Source: Callorhinchus milii
Taxonomy: Eukaryota
DNA: 64,000 nt
Direction of reading: 5' to 3'
Assembly (NCBI RefSeq): GCF_018977255.1
Contig: NW_024704743.1
Span: 5,954,001 to 6,018,000 of the forward strand
Part shown: piece after piece, positions 1 to 13,560 of the stretch
How the letters are laid out: the number at the start of each line of letters is the position of its first letter
Numbering within the stretch: position 1 is the stretch's first letter
Notes under the pieces: model-generated
Told to the model about the DNA's origin: nothing
The model's database searches: none
What the model saw: only the letters and a program-made list of their open reading frames with translations
Position numbers and translations under genes: made by a program

Positions 1-503
1 CACAAACAGCCCCAACTCGCTATGAATGATTATCTGGAACATTGTTGGGCAGGACAGTGAGGAAAAACTCCTTTCTTTTTATGGGATCTTTAACTTCTAA
101 CTGCCAGACCTTCTGAAGGACGGCATCTCTGAAAATGCAGTACCAGCCTTAATGTCAGACCAAAGGCTTAATATTAGGCTGATAACTATGGGGAAGGAAG
201 ATACAATGTGCATACACTAATGAGAAAGTACAATTGAGTTGTCATTTGCATGATTGTTTGCCAACAATGAGCAACGGGAAAGTAAAGACTGGTTTCAATT
301 CAGAACTTCAGCACATCTCTGGACCTGTTTTTGATTTGTAATATAAATGTATTTGCACATAAAAGCTGGAAATCAAATTAAATGCCAAAACTTTTGCTCA
401 TTACTTTGTAATACGTCACTCCTAATTATAATAAATCTAGGCCATTTCATTTGAAGGGTTTAGATTTGGCATTAAGAATTAATTCTAAATATTTTCCCTT
501 TAG

Positions 504-644
504 AGTAATGGTGTTCAGCAAACCTGCTACCTCGCACAACAATACTGTCAAGAAGCCATCCGCCAGATCTCCATGCTGCATCCCTCACCAGAAAGAGATG
601 CCTTGATTCATCTTACAGAAATTGTATTAACACGGGACAAATAA
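504..644 (+). CDS. PDSS1: Terminal coding exon of decaprenyl-diphosphate synthase subunit 1
   Basis: Acceptor ttttccctttag|AGT; manual translation SNGVQQTCYLAQQYCQEAIRQISMLHPSPERDALIHLTEIVLTRDK* matches the vertebrate PDSS1 C-terminus as I recall it (..QQYCHEAIREISKLRPSPERDALIQLSEIVLTRDK); PDSS1 is the convergent neighbour of ABI1 in human. Not in the ORF track. Confidence 0.95.
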   Translation, partial: SNGVQQTCYLAQQYCQEAIRQISMLHPSPERDALIHLTEIVLTRDK

Positions 645-1229
645 GAGTACACTCCACTTTTCTACAGGCAGCTATTGACTACAAATGAAAATTATATTAA
701 CCATTGTCAAGTCTTCAGTTTGTTTGTGAATTCCAAACAACTCGGACAACAGTGGAACTTTGTTTACATGTTTGTACTATACTATGCCTATGGAGATTCA
801 ACATCAATTTCCCCCAAGAGGTGCTAACTCCTGCTGGTTTCTATGGGTGCCAATCCTCATCCAAGCCTGCATCAGAACCTGGACAGTGAGGCTATTTGAC
901 CTTGAAGCAAATCACAGCAGAGTCGGTTTCCACTCATTCTCATGTATGCCTATTCCAGTAATTAACTAGAAAACAGAAGTAGAAAGCACGGCTGTACTAA
1001 CATTAACTGGAGCACCACTACTGTTGTCAGCCTGCTCAGGAATCAGTCTCCTCATTTTCTGATCTATTGCTTAGGCGACATTGGGAGTTCCTTTACCCAT
1101 TAGAAATCATGAAGATAGTTCATTGAACAACAAACAGCCCTGTCTGTCGTTCAATTTACGCAACCATGGCTTGAGTCAACTCCTGTCCAACTTAATTCAT
1201 AAAAAACATTTTATCTGAAGCGTGTGTTG

Positions 1230-2628
1230 ATTTTATATATTGAGAATGATTTATTATAAAAGACTGTACATACAATTAACAGGTTATATACAAATTAAAG
1301 AATGCATTTTCAGTTTTAAAGTCAAAGAAAATGAAGTCTCACAATGTTAAAGCTTCTTACAATCATAAGGCAGAAGTTAATAAGAAAGCCTGTTACATGA
1401 TCTGTGGACATAACTTTTACAGATCAATTGTTGTGGAACTTTGTTGTACATAATCACACTGATAAATCAGAATAGGATTAGAGAACTAAACACAATGTAA
1501 ATCAGGTGTTGGGAATTAAAAGTTCCATCTCACCCCGAACGAGGGCACAGTGGTGGTCCCTCTGGTCCATTTTAATTTCAAAATTTCTTACAATACAGCA
1601 ATTGGATTATCAATATATGGGATTTTGTTTTCTTATTAGCTTCACCACTGAAACCTTGAATAGCAAAAAGCAATTAAACAATCTATGGAAAATACAGAGT
1701 TGAACACTGATTTAGATACCGGGGCCTTTCTGGTCATAGAATGCATTTCCAAATACAAAATGCAAGAATTATTAAACATTGAGGAATTTGGTACTGATTC
1801 CTTAACAAATCATTACATTGTCTCTCAAAAGGAAATAGGGAAGCATAGCCAAATGGCCAGTCTTGTGCTACAAGACAGAGTTGAAGGCAAACCTGGCCCA
1901 AGTTTCAGAAACAGTGACAACTATTTTTGCAGTCAAATTATCTGGATCTGAATTCATAAGGTAGAAACTGCACCATCTTCTAAAGGTTAGTAAAACTATC
2001 CAATAAAATTTTATGAGGGTTACACAAAGCCAATGGTCCAGATAATTTCGACTGTACAAATGAACTGACAACATACCAGACTACACTTTGGTTCACTTTG
2101 TGACCACAGATGACTTTCCATTATGTAAATTTACCCATACAAAATGTTTAACCTGTTAAGTACAAATTACAACAACATGTACTTTGATTAGAATACACCC
2201 AAGCCTCATCCACATAAATGTCTTTATAGACTCCTGTGACAGTTCATGAGATTACAATTTAGTGTGAGTACTCACAGATTAACTGAAAATTACAACAAAT
2301 TGGAAGCATTTTAGGTTAAAAAAATTGATTTGCTACAATACATAAATTCGCTTTTTATGCATGCTATCAACAAGCACTAAGTTGCAATTTAGGAATGACC
2401 ATAAGTCGAAAAAGTTTGACCAGCACTTGCACTTTCACCCTTACAGTGTCAGTCTGAACACAAGTTTGTTGCATTTTCAGTCTAATCGTGTCAGTTTCCA
2501 TGCGGAGGGGAAAAGTAATGGCACCCTTGAAGACATCTTAATAAAAATCGATCCCACATTAACCTACACACCCCAAATGCTTAGGCTGGTCAAGGAATAA
2601 AAGAGCTTGAAGAATCAGGCGGTTTGTT
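1230..2628 (-). other. ABI1: Probable ABI1 3' UTR
   Basis: Repeat-free AT-rich sequence between the stop codon and a - strand AATAAA; 3' end position is inferred. Confidence 0.6.
1250..1255 (-). terminator. Putative ABI1 polyadenylation signal AATAAA
   Basis: + strand tttatt at 1250-1255; preceded on the - strand by TGTA motifs (TGTATGTACAG) and a Pumilio-type TGTATATA (1285-1292). Confidence 0.6.
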
Positions 2629-2832
<204 letters not shown>

Positions 2833-3047
2833 TTAAGAATGTATACCTATAACCTGAAGCAAACAAGGTGAATATTTGCACTTTAAATCAATTTGAACAA
2901 AATGATAATTTTGTTTTGATTAATTTTAAACAATTAAAACCTCAAAGTACACAACTTCATATAATTTGCTAATTTAGTTTGATAAATAGAATTCCCATCA
3001 CTGATCATGCATTTCGTCCACAAAATATACAATATTATTAAATAATT

Positions 3048-3212
3048 TGATCACTCAATCCATGAATGTTTGTGGGACACTGCTGTGTGCAATTGGCTGC
3101 CACATTTTGTTTACAAAATATAGTCAATTCACTTATCAGTATATTCTCTGACTTATTTTGAGACGTCTCAAAGACGTGATAGGGCGCTATATTAAATACA
3201 ATGATTATTATT
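3048..3212 (+). mobile_element. SINE family 1 3' fragment (similar fragments at about 3535-3640 -, 5951-6100 +, 22077-22192 +, 39697-39805 +, 40553-40735 + head, 42645-42735 -, 50280-50435 +, 58800-58889 +)
   Basis: Shared tgtgggacactgctgtg..aattggctgcc core and/or gagacgtctc..gacgtgata..gcgctatat tail. Confidence 0.85.
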
Positions 3213-3958
3213 AAAGCACAGATTTAAAGAAAAACATTTTATATTGAGATGAACAGTTAAGAAAAGGACAACAATTACTATAGGAAATACAAATCAATTG
3301 TTTTCGCCTGATACACAGAAACCCATCACAATGCTTAACGCCAAACAAACTGGGTCCAGCATTATGTGTGGAAAATGAAGTAAGGCATCACCATGGTTTT
3401 AGGAAAGGAGGGATAAAGCAAGGGAAAGAGACTTGGAAAATTGAAAGCTTTAAGCAAAACTAAAAAAGGTTCATCAAGAACAATTTGAAGATAAACAAAA
3501 GGGAAAGAAACTCACAGCAACTACCAGGGACAAATAATATTTGCATTTGATATAGCGCCTTACCATGTCGTTGGGACATCTCAAAGCGCTTCACAGAATA
3601 TACTGCAAAGTGAAATGACTATATTTTGTGGCCAAAATATTTATTGCCCGAGTTCATAGTTTCCTACTGCACCACGAACAAGCATACAATGCCCTCAATC
3701 TATGGCACCACCTGCCCCCGTATGAAATGATGAAAAGAACAATAAATTCACATTTTTGACAGAAATTGTGGCCATTACAGATTTCCACTATTCTTTGTCA
3801 AACTAGCGCAAGTTTTACCAACGTTTTAGCGTTCGACGTTTTGTGCAATCAAAAAAAAGGATTCAACCAGAATTCACATTCAACATCGGGGAAATTAAAT
3901 GCGAAGACGACGGAATAGAGTTGTGTGTTTTCTTTTATCTCCTGACACATTTTCCTCA

Positions 3959-4186
<228 letters not shown>

Positions 4187-4288
4187 TTAATACGTTCAGA
4201 TATTTAACAGGGAAAATTCAAACTGTACAACACTCACATTTTACACTCACTCACTCACCCCACACACAAAAAACTAAATAGAGGGTTA

Positions 4289-5731
<1,443 letters not shown>

Positions 5732-7341
5732 TCAATCACAGAGATTGAGGCACAAGCAGCACACAAATTGCATAATGATGCAGTGGAACCTCATATATCA
5801 AAGTACAAAAAGGTTCCTCAGCATTCGTGTTTTAGGTAACGTGTGTTAAGACTAGTTTTAGACAGCAGTGAGCACAAGATTAACATGAACACGGTGGCAA
5901 AATGGCGAGTACCTATATTACTTCAAAAAGTTTTTTTTAAAATAAACTAAACAATTTGATCACTCAATCCACAACGGTTTGTGGGACTTGTGGGACAATT
6001 GGCTGCCACGTTTCGCTCCCCAGTATATTCTGTGAAGCGCTTTGAGACTTCGCAAAGATGTGATAAGGCGCTATATTAAATGCAAGGATTATTATTATTA
6101 CTACTTGGTTTCTAGGACTCCAGCAAGCAACATTAACAATCACGTTTGATTTTGCTACAATAGATAAGGTTCCACTGCAATAACATTTTAAAAAAAGCAA
6201 GTTACCCGCCACAAATTTTAGATAAAATCTAAAAATGCAAGACAGAAGCTCCATTTTACCCAGGATTTAAACTTCTCTATTCACAGATGAGTGTAAATCC
6301 GCACTAACAAATTAAGGAGCTACCATGTTTTATTCAACAACCCCAGAATCAATCCTACAGCAACTATAAATTACAGTTCTAACCACGCATTATAAATTTT
6401 AAATGCAGGGCAACCCTACTACAGCTAAAATAGGACAAGGCTGAACTCTAGCGTCAACCTATTTCGGGAAGGGGGTGGGGGGGAGGGAGAGAGGGAAGAG
6501 AGAGAAAGCTTTTGAGGACTTCAATATATCACAGGAAAGGCAGTTCACAATTTTCTCAGCAGTCATAGCTTCACCACCATCAATTCAGGCCAGACAGATG
6601 CAGGGACTATGCCTTGAGAAAAAAATCAGGTTTGACAAGGTTCAGATAGGTGCAGTTTATAGCTTCAATGCTTCCAGCGCTTGTTTTAGCCCACGTTTAG
6701 TTTCAGACACCAATTAGATTGACAGCCACTTAGGTACATTTTGGTAAAATTCAAACCGGGAGCATGAAATTCTGACCTTCCACACAACCCAAGCTCTCAC
6801 CTCCTGGTGAGAAATATTAATGGTCGACAATTACGCAGTTTTATCAATTATGTTTTTGGAGGGAGGGGAGAAAGATGGAGACAGGGAATATGTCTGAAAA
6901 GTCCATATCATGAATTAATATAAACTTCTACTTTCCTGAAATTGTAGGGCAGTAGGAAATTATATTTAACAGTTAAGCAAATCTACCAAAGTAGATTTTT
7001 TAAAAAAAAATAAGAAACACGATAGCTCCTTTAACTGCAGTTCTCAAGCACTAGATTCATTAAGCTTGTGGTTGATAAATGGCAACTTCAGTATTATTGC
7101 ACACACATTTAAATCAACTCCCAATAAGATTAGGAGGAAAAAACTGCAGGAAGATATAAGAAGTTCCTCAAGAACAGGGTCTCATAAAGACAGTTGGTAA
7201 ATTAATGCTTATTAAAGCCACACAAAAAGGTACACCACAAGCCGTCGGACAGTTTGACGTCAGTACAGCTGTTATAACGAGTTTCATTCATGTGTGGATA
7301 CCAATATTTACTTACCCCCAAAATTAAAAATCTGGTCACCA

Positions 7342-7546
7342 GCTCAACCAGCACTTCAAATCGCCTGCCGGCCAGCACACAGGAAACAAAATGGCTTCTG
7401 GCTCATCGGATTGCCACTGATGTAATTTCCTGCATGATGCACAAGGATTGCATGCAGGAAATGACATTATTAGCGATCCAATGACCCGGAAGTTAGACAT
7501 TTTGACTTCTCATGCGGCGGCTGATGATTTGAAGTGCCGATGGAGC
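7342..7546. repeat. About 200-bp imperfect palindrome (fold-back, MITE-like)
   Basis: gcacttcaaatc/gatttgaagtgc, caaaatg/cattttg, ttctggctcatcggattgc/gcgatccaatgacccggaa, atttcctgcatg/catgcaggaaat are symmetric about ~7443. Confidence 0.85.
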
Positions 7547-7589
7547 CAGCTGTCTTTCTGCATGCACAGTGAATGTGGAAATGCTGAAT

Positions 7590-8222
7590 AGCAATAGTGC
7601 CTCACTAAAGCGCTTGTTGGGATGTTTTTCCAAAGGGTGTTGTGGGATGGAGTTCCAAAGGTGGGGGCGGAGAGACTGAAGGCCTATCCGCCAATGGTGG
7701 GGCAGGCCAGCCGGGGATGTAGAGCAAGTCCGAGCCTACTGAGCGGAAGGAGCAGACAGGTTGATAAAGGGTTAGCAGGTCACAGAGGTAGGAAGGGGCA
7801 AGGCCGTGGGGGGCCTTGAAGGCAAGGACTAGGATTTTGAACTCTATCCTCTGAGGGAGCCAGTGGAGCCAGGCAAGGGTGGGGGTGATGGGGTCACGGA
7901 GCCTGCCGCGGGAGAGAACACAAGCTGCAGAGTTCTGGATAATCTGCAACTTGTGGGGGGGGGGGGGGGGAGAGTTGGGGAGACCGACAAGCAGCGAGTT
8001 GACGTAATTGAGCCTAGATGTGATGAATGCGTGAACGAGGGTTTCAGCAGCCTGAGGGGTGAAGCAGTGACGGAGCTGGGCGATATTGTGGAGGTGAGGG
8101 AAGGCAGAGCGGGTCATGGCACGGATGTGGGGGAAAAAGGACGGTTGAGGGGCAAACAAGACGTCAAGGTTCCTGACTGGCTCAGAGAGGTGAAGGATGC
8201 ATCCTTGGATGTTGATGTTGCC
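7590..8222 (-). mobile_element. L2 LINE 3' fragment
   Basis: ORF 7605-8303 carries VRNLDVLF, HAFITSRLNYVNSLL, LQIIQNSAA, PITPTLAWLHWLP, similar to the 51.8-53.7 kb copy. Confidence 0.92.
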
Positions 8223-8406
8223 ACGTACTCTATCCACTGCACCACTGAGTCTGCCTGGCTGGGATTTTGTGGACCTACAACTGGGATTGTACCAGTGATG
8301 CAATGTATCTTTAACAGATCACAAAATACTATCATCACTAAAGATGCTATTCTTGAAACAGTAATTACTATCTAATTGCTCAATTGATTAATCGAATCAC
8401 ACACAC

Positions 8407-8693
8407 ACACGCCTCTGTTTACCTAGCAGTAAATGGGAACCCGCTTGTTAGTTGACTGGCGGATCGCTTTCCCAGGGTAATAGTACCTCCAAAAAAAAAA
8501 TCAATAATAATGTGGTCACTCAATCGACTACTGTTGGTGGGATGGCTGTGTGCGCAATTGGCTGCCGCATTTCGCCCACAAAACCCACAATCACTACACT
8601 TCGCAGTATATCCTGTAAAGTGCTTTGAGATGTCTCGAAGACGTGATATGGTGCTACATCTAATGCAAGGATTATTATTATTAATAATAATAA
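8407..8693 (+). mobile_element. 5'-truncated SINE family 1
   Basis: acgcctctgtttacctagcag ... atgcaaggattattatt. Confidence 0.9.
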
Positions 8694-8814
8694 TTGCTGA
8701 AACCACTATCTAGTGTGAAACAAAGCAAGACAGACCCAGAAGCTCCTTGTGCCAAATACTGGACGGTGCCAAGTTAGCACACCTTTATCAGACCAGCTGC
8801 AAGTTACTCACTCT

Positions 8815-9108
8815 GATAATAATAATAATAATAATAATAATCCTTGCATTTGATATAGCGCTTTTCACGTCGGGAGGACGTCCCAAAGCGCTTCACAGAA
8901 CACACTGTAAAGTGAATTGACTGTATATGTGTGGGTGAACGCGGCAACCAATTGCGCACAGCAATGTCCCACAAACAGTCGTAGATTGAAAATGACCAAT
9001 TTATTATTGTTTTTGGAGGGATTATTATTAGGCTCTGTGTGGAGTAAGGAAACTTGCCCGAGGTTTCGCCCTCTGCCTGGAATTGAACTCAGGTCTCTCA
9101 CTTGCAAA
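8815..9108 (-). mobile_element. SINE family 1, short form (internal segment missing)
   Basis: (aat)n tail, tgtggagtaaggaaacttgccc, B-box-like gagttcaattcc; lacks the tgtttacctagcag segment. Confidence 0.9.
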
Positions 9109-11853
9109 GCAAAAAAATGATCCGTGAGAACTCAGTTACCATTCAATTACTTTTGCTTACTGACCGGAGTCACCAAAGGTCAATTTGAAGCACCAATGGG
9201 CAGCAGCAGGAGTCTCTAATTGAAGTCTCAAATAGTCACTTGGGCATCTCTATATGTGATTCCGGTCACAGATCACAACGTGTTAAACTCCAATGTCTAC
9301 AAACATGGGAGTTTCCAACAGGGGTCACTGGGAATAGAAAACTTGGTTGATTTTTTGCTATCAGTTCACAGGCACATAAAAGGATGATGCTAAAATGTCA
9401 CCTCATCAGTAATCCTGGCACATGGAAATAGTTTAATTTCTCCTAACAATGCATACAGGACTGTTTAGTTCTGCATCAATAATGAGCATTGGTTCTCCAA
9501 TGCATTTAAACTATTACACTTATAAAAAGTTAATTAGAAAATGTACACTGGACTAAATTCTGAAAAGTCTGAATGATTTTGGATGGATGCATTCTATATG
9601 TAGCCCATTACATTGCATTAAAATGACCAACAAGAAAACATCTATGCAAACGTTAATTTAGATTTTCATACCACATTTTACACAGCTCTGCAACTGCACT
9701 GCTGCTACCACAGACGGCTTGTAATGAAAAGGAAACAGAATGCACCACCCTAAACCATTTAGTTTGTTGGATCCCTTTTCTGCCACTCCCAGTCATTGCT
9801 GCTGCTACTGACAGTTAAACGCTCATGGATGGCGATTTTTCTAGATGCATTAAATCTTTAGGAACTTTTTTCCCTGATCGCTGCTGCTACGTAAATAAAG
9901 GTAGCTGAATTGGAGGGGGGGCGAATTAAGAGAGAAGGCAGAAAAAAATCACCTGATAATTAGTTATTATTAGGTAATGGTTGAGCAGAAACACCCAGGA
10001 CGTTTAAATGTATGACATGACCGCAGTACGAGTACATCTTAAATCTCAATGCCTTTACTTAAGTCACTTATTTGCAGCTATAAACCCAACATAAAGGGAA
10101 CTTTCATTTGCATCAATTTAAAAAGCATGATGGCATATCTGTAGAAACCCTACCAACTATACAGCAAGTGTTTCCTAATTTAATCTGATCCAATCAACAA
10201 CTTTGTTCCCTCAATATAAACTGTTTCCTCCATATTCATAAAGGTAAGCAGATTAATTGAATTCATGAAAATGTAGTAGTTTGTCACAAAAGGAATTAGA
10301 CTCTTGCCTTCCCTCTCTTCTCCCTCCCCAAATGCACGGATCTATTAACTGGTAAAAAAAGGAACCATTGCTAATCCACCGTTCAAGGTTATTAATGAGC
10401 TCTGATTGTAATTCAGTTGGGTCATTATCTTGAAAGATACTGGCAGCGGCAAATTGAGCATGTAAAAGCAACTCCTAACGCCAATTGTAGAATTCGACTG
10501 ACTGTAGAATGAATGCCTGGCTGAAATCAGCTAACTCAGATCAGGCCACATATTGAACCTGATTTTACACATCTGTATGGTTTCAGTTTTATACAGATGG
10601 TAGCTTTATTAATATTAGTATCTAAGCCAAATCAAGAGTTACACTTGTTTTTTTTGTGAATGAAAGAAAAACCTAGCCAAAAAATGCCAAATGGCCTAGA
10701 ACACTAGAATAAGCTGGTGTAAAAAAAAGTCAGAATTTGTGATTATGCCAACTCCTATAATGTACGTGAATACAGATTGAATGCAAACCAGAAGAAAAGG
10801 CTCATCTGACCAGTTTCAATGCTTGAATCTTTCCTTTACAAACTATGTGCAACAGTGCACGCACACTAATGATTGGTTTTGCACAATTAGATTTTCATAT
10901 TTTATTTTGAACAGCAACCTTGGCTGAAGTATGGCACAAGCGCTCTTGTACCAAGCCGGCTGCTATACTCATCCCAAATTCAGAAGCATTAGCAAATGCA
11001 TTAAAACAACCAATAAAATGGCTCAATGTTATGCCTGTTCTACAGTTATTTTGGGTATGCAATTTGAGCATTATGTCCCAAAGAATGCCTCTTAAGTTAT
11101 TGTGGTTGTAAATCTATCTGTCAGAGGTAAATATCCTCTTATGCTCATCCAGGCAAATGCAGCCTCTGCAAGCCTCTAGCGTTTAAAAAGTCGAGCTGCC
11201 ATTGAACAGCTGTCATTTTGCTACTACTAAAATATCTTGTGCAATTCCAATGAATCCCAAGCATCCTGGATATCTGGAAACCCACACATTTAATTAAAGA
11301 CATCAAATATTTGGGAATGTCTTCCCCTCCCTGTAGAATGTGAAAGCTCTGCACGGTCTTATTATCATTTCTGAAACACTTCACAAATATGACATTCGGT
11401 GGTTTATTGCTAGAGAGACTACTGAAAATTTCTCTTTCAAAATTAATTGCTGGCAATGTCAGTATTCTTCACAATTGTAGCTGGTTATCACATCTTATGT
11501 TCGCATTACTTTAAAATTATTTTTTATATAAATGATTTAAACACACAAATAAGAGAATATCTTTTAACTCATTAACTTTACTTCAAAACTATTTTCTCTT
11601 CCCTAAGAAAAGGAAGTTCCTTGAACATTTATCACTAAAATAAACTAAGAAATACAAATAAACTAAATTAAACAATCTACTGAGAATTCTAAAATCCGGT
11701 AGCCACAAAAGAGCAGCCTAGGTTATTCAGAAATATACCATTACATTTCTTTGCAAGTAAGATTACCAGAAAGCTTAAAGAACCTATAATCCCAGTTAAT
11801 ATAGAACAGCTGTTGTATATAAATTAGTGTTAAAGAAAGGTATAACGCCTTAC

Positions 11854-12030
11854 TTGAATTCTGAGTATAAAGAGGGCCACCATTAACATGAGCTTGCACA
11901 GAAAACTGAGAAGTCACCGAAGGATTTCGCCTGTAGCCCCCAGAAGATGCCGTAGAGTTGGTGGAATTATGCCGAGAGACCTGCCGGGTCATGGTACTGT
12001 ACTGGGAACCAGGAGCCGAACCAGGGCCAG
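11854..12030 (-). CDS. ABI1: ABI1 exon 9 (177 nt)
   Basis: gcttttag|CT ... A|gtaagg; [59 protein letters not shown], phase 1-1. Confidence 0.97.
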
Positions 12031-13211
12031 CTAAAAGCATTAAAAAGGTAACAGCAAACAGGGGAAAAAGAAATGAGCATTATTCCATAATTTGAGACAG
12101 ATAAGAATCATTCAGTTGAAGGAAACCTCAAGCCAGCCACAATAGGAAAGGAGTGATGAAATTTAAATGTAACATAACATTTCAGTTTGTAAAATATTCA
12201 AGAGATCTGAACTTCTTCCGAGTTGCATTGAAACAAGTTGATGAATCATTCTTCCTGAAGACTCTTTCTATTCTGCTGTGGTTCCTGTTCATCTTACCAG
12301 TTATATAAGATTGGAATGACCGGAATAAAATCAAAGTCACATGACCTCCTGATTAAACATACTTTCCATCATAAATGTCCCAGAAGGGAGGTGCCATTTC
12401 CTGTTAAATGTGAACTTTGTTAGACATGCAGAGAGAAACATTTTAATTATTGTAGCATATCAATTTCTTATTCAGGCCGGTTCCAGTCGCAAACCTTCAC
12501 CAAATTCACTAAACAGTAATGAGCCATTAAAATTAGTAGAGGCTTTACACTTTATAAAAGCGTATATACTTTGAAATTTTAATTTCAGTTCTTCAGTTTT
12601 TTGGCTATCCAAATATCAAATGAGTTAAATGTTTTCAGATGCTCAATGTGAATGTAGATATGCTTTTATAATAGGAACGCTGAAGCCATTTTCATCCATG
12701 TAAGAATCTTAACTGGAAAATCTACAATTACTGTATATTTCACATGCAAAACATGTGACGTTTCTTCAGAAGATCCTACTCCAGGAAAGGTAGAATTGCT
12801 GCCACAAATTGTCAAAGGCATTGGATGTTAAATTTTGGCATTTTCTTTTAAAACCACAATTTAGAAGGCCTCCACACAGCCGGACACAAAAGTGGAAATA
12901 AAAGATATCGGATACAAACTAAGAGACTTTTGTTAATTGATTTTTATTTTATTTTGTAAGCTTCAGAATAACCCACTAAAACTAGGTAGGCGTCAACCCC
13001 AACCGAGACAAGGATTTCCACATGGATAAAAAATACCTTCATCTCCAGTTCCTTATACCCCATTCTTAGGCAGAATTATATCAGCAGGGTTTTACAAATG
13101 CTAACTCACTGCAACCCAACACCAATTCTGTGCATCTATAAAAACCATTGCAAATTAGCTGTGAATCAAAGCACAGATGCGTGAGTAGTTCTGAACAGGA
13201 GGTGGTCTCAC

Positions 13212-13286
13212 CTATCAAACTGCCCGCTGGCAGTGGAGGTGGTGGAGGTGGTAGGGAAAGGGATCCAGCAGGGACAGAATATGGTG
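13212..13286 (-). CDS. ABI1: ABI1 alternative exon 8 ('8b', 75 nt, proline-rich)
   Basis: ttttggtag|CA ... ATA G|gtgaga; (A)PYSVPAGSLSLPPPPPPLPAGSLI, phase 1-1; position and composition correspond to the mammalian alternative exon (..SVPPPSGAPPAPPLAPLLPVSTVI). Confidence 0.85.
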
Positions 13287-13458
13287 CTACCAAAATAATC
13301 ACAAAATGTGGTTATAACAAGCTGCTGGATAACAGTGCACAATTTACTGAATTAGAAATTACAAGGAATTGTGATACAAGTAGACAATAAAAGAAAACGG
13401 CGTTAGTGTTGGACGACAGCAGTAAGTGTACACGTCACATCATGCTAACATTTCTCAC

Positions 13459-13560
13459 CTAATGTAGGGCCACCAGGCAATGGAGGGGGAGGGGGAGGAA
13501 CATCATTCGGGAACTGAGAATACTGTGTTGACAGAAGATGGGGAGGGGGAGGGAGATCTC
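13459..13560 (-). CDS. ABI1: Candidate additional ABI1 cassette exon '8a' (102 nt, proline-rich)
   Basis: Branch-like ctgac ~25 nt upstream, gtacag|GA ... TTA G|gtgaga; open in phase 1-1: (G)DLPPPPHLLSTQYSQFPNDVPPPPPPLPGGPTL; weak pyrimidine tract; no transcript evidence available. Confidence 0.7.
   Translation of the reverse strand, partial: EISLPLPIFCQHSILSSRMMFLPLPLHCLVALH

Noticed and set aside
7863..8375. 170-aa Gly-rich + strand ORF and similar + strand ORFs at 52084-53264
   Set aside because: Antisense frames of GC-rich L2 sequence
13352..13420. Alternative acceptor ttcag inside the 8a-8b intron as a longer exon 8b
   Set aside because: Introduces an in-frame TAA before the 8b coding segment
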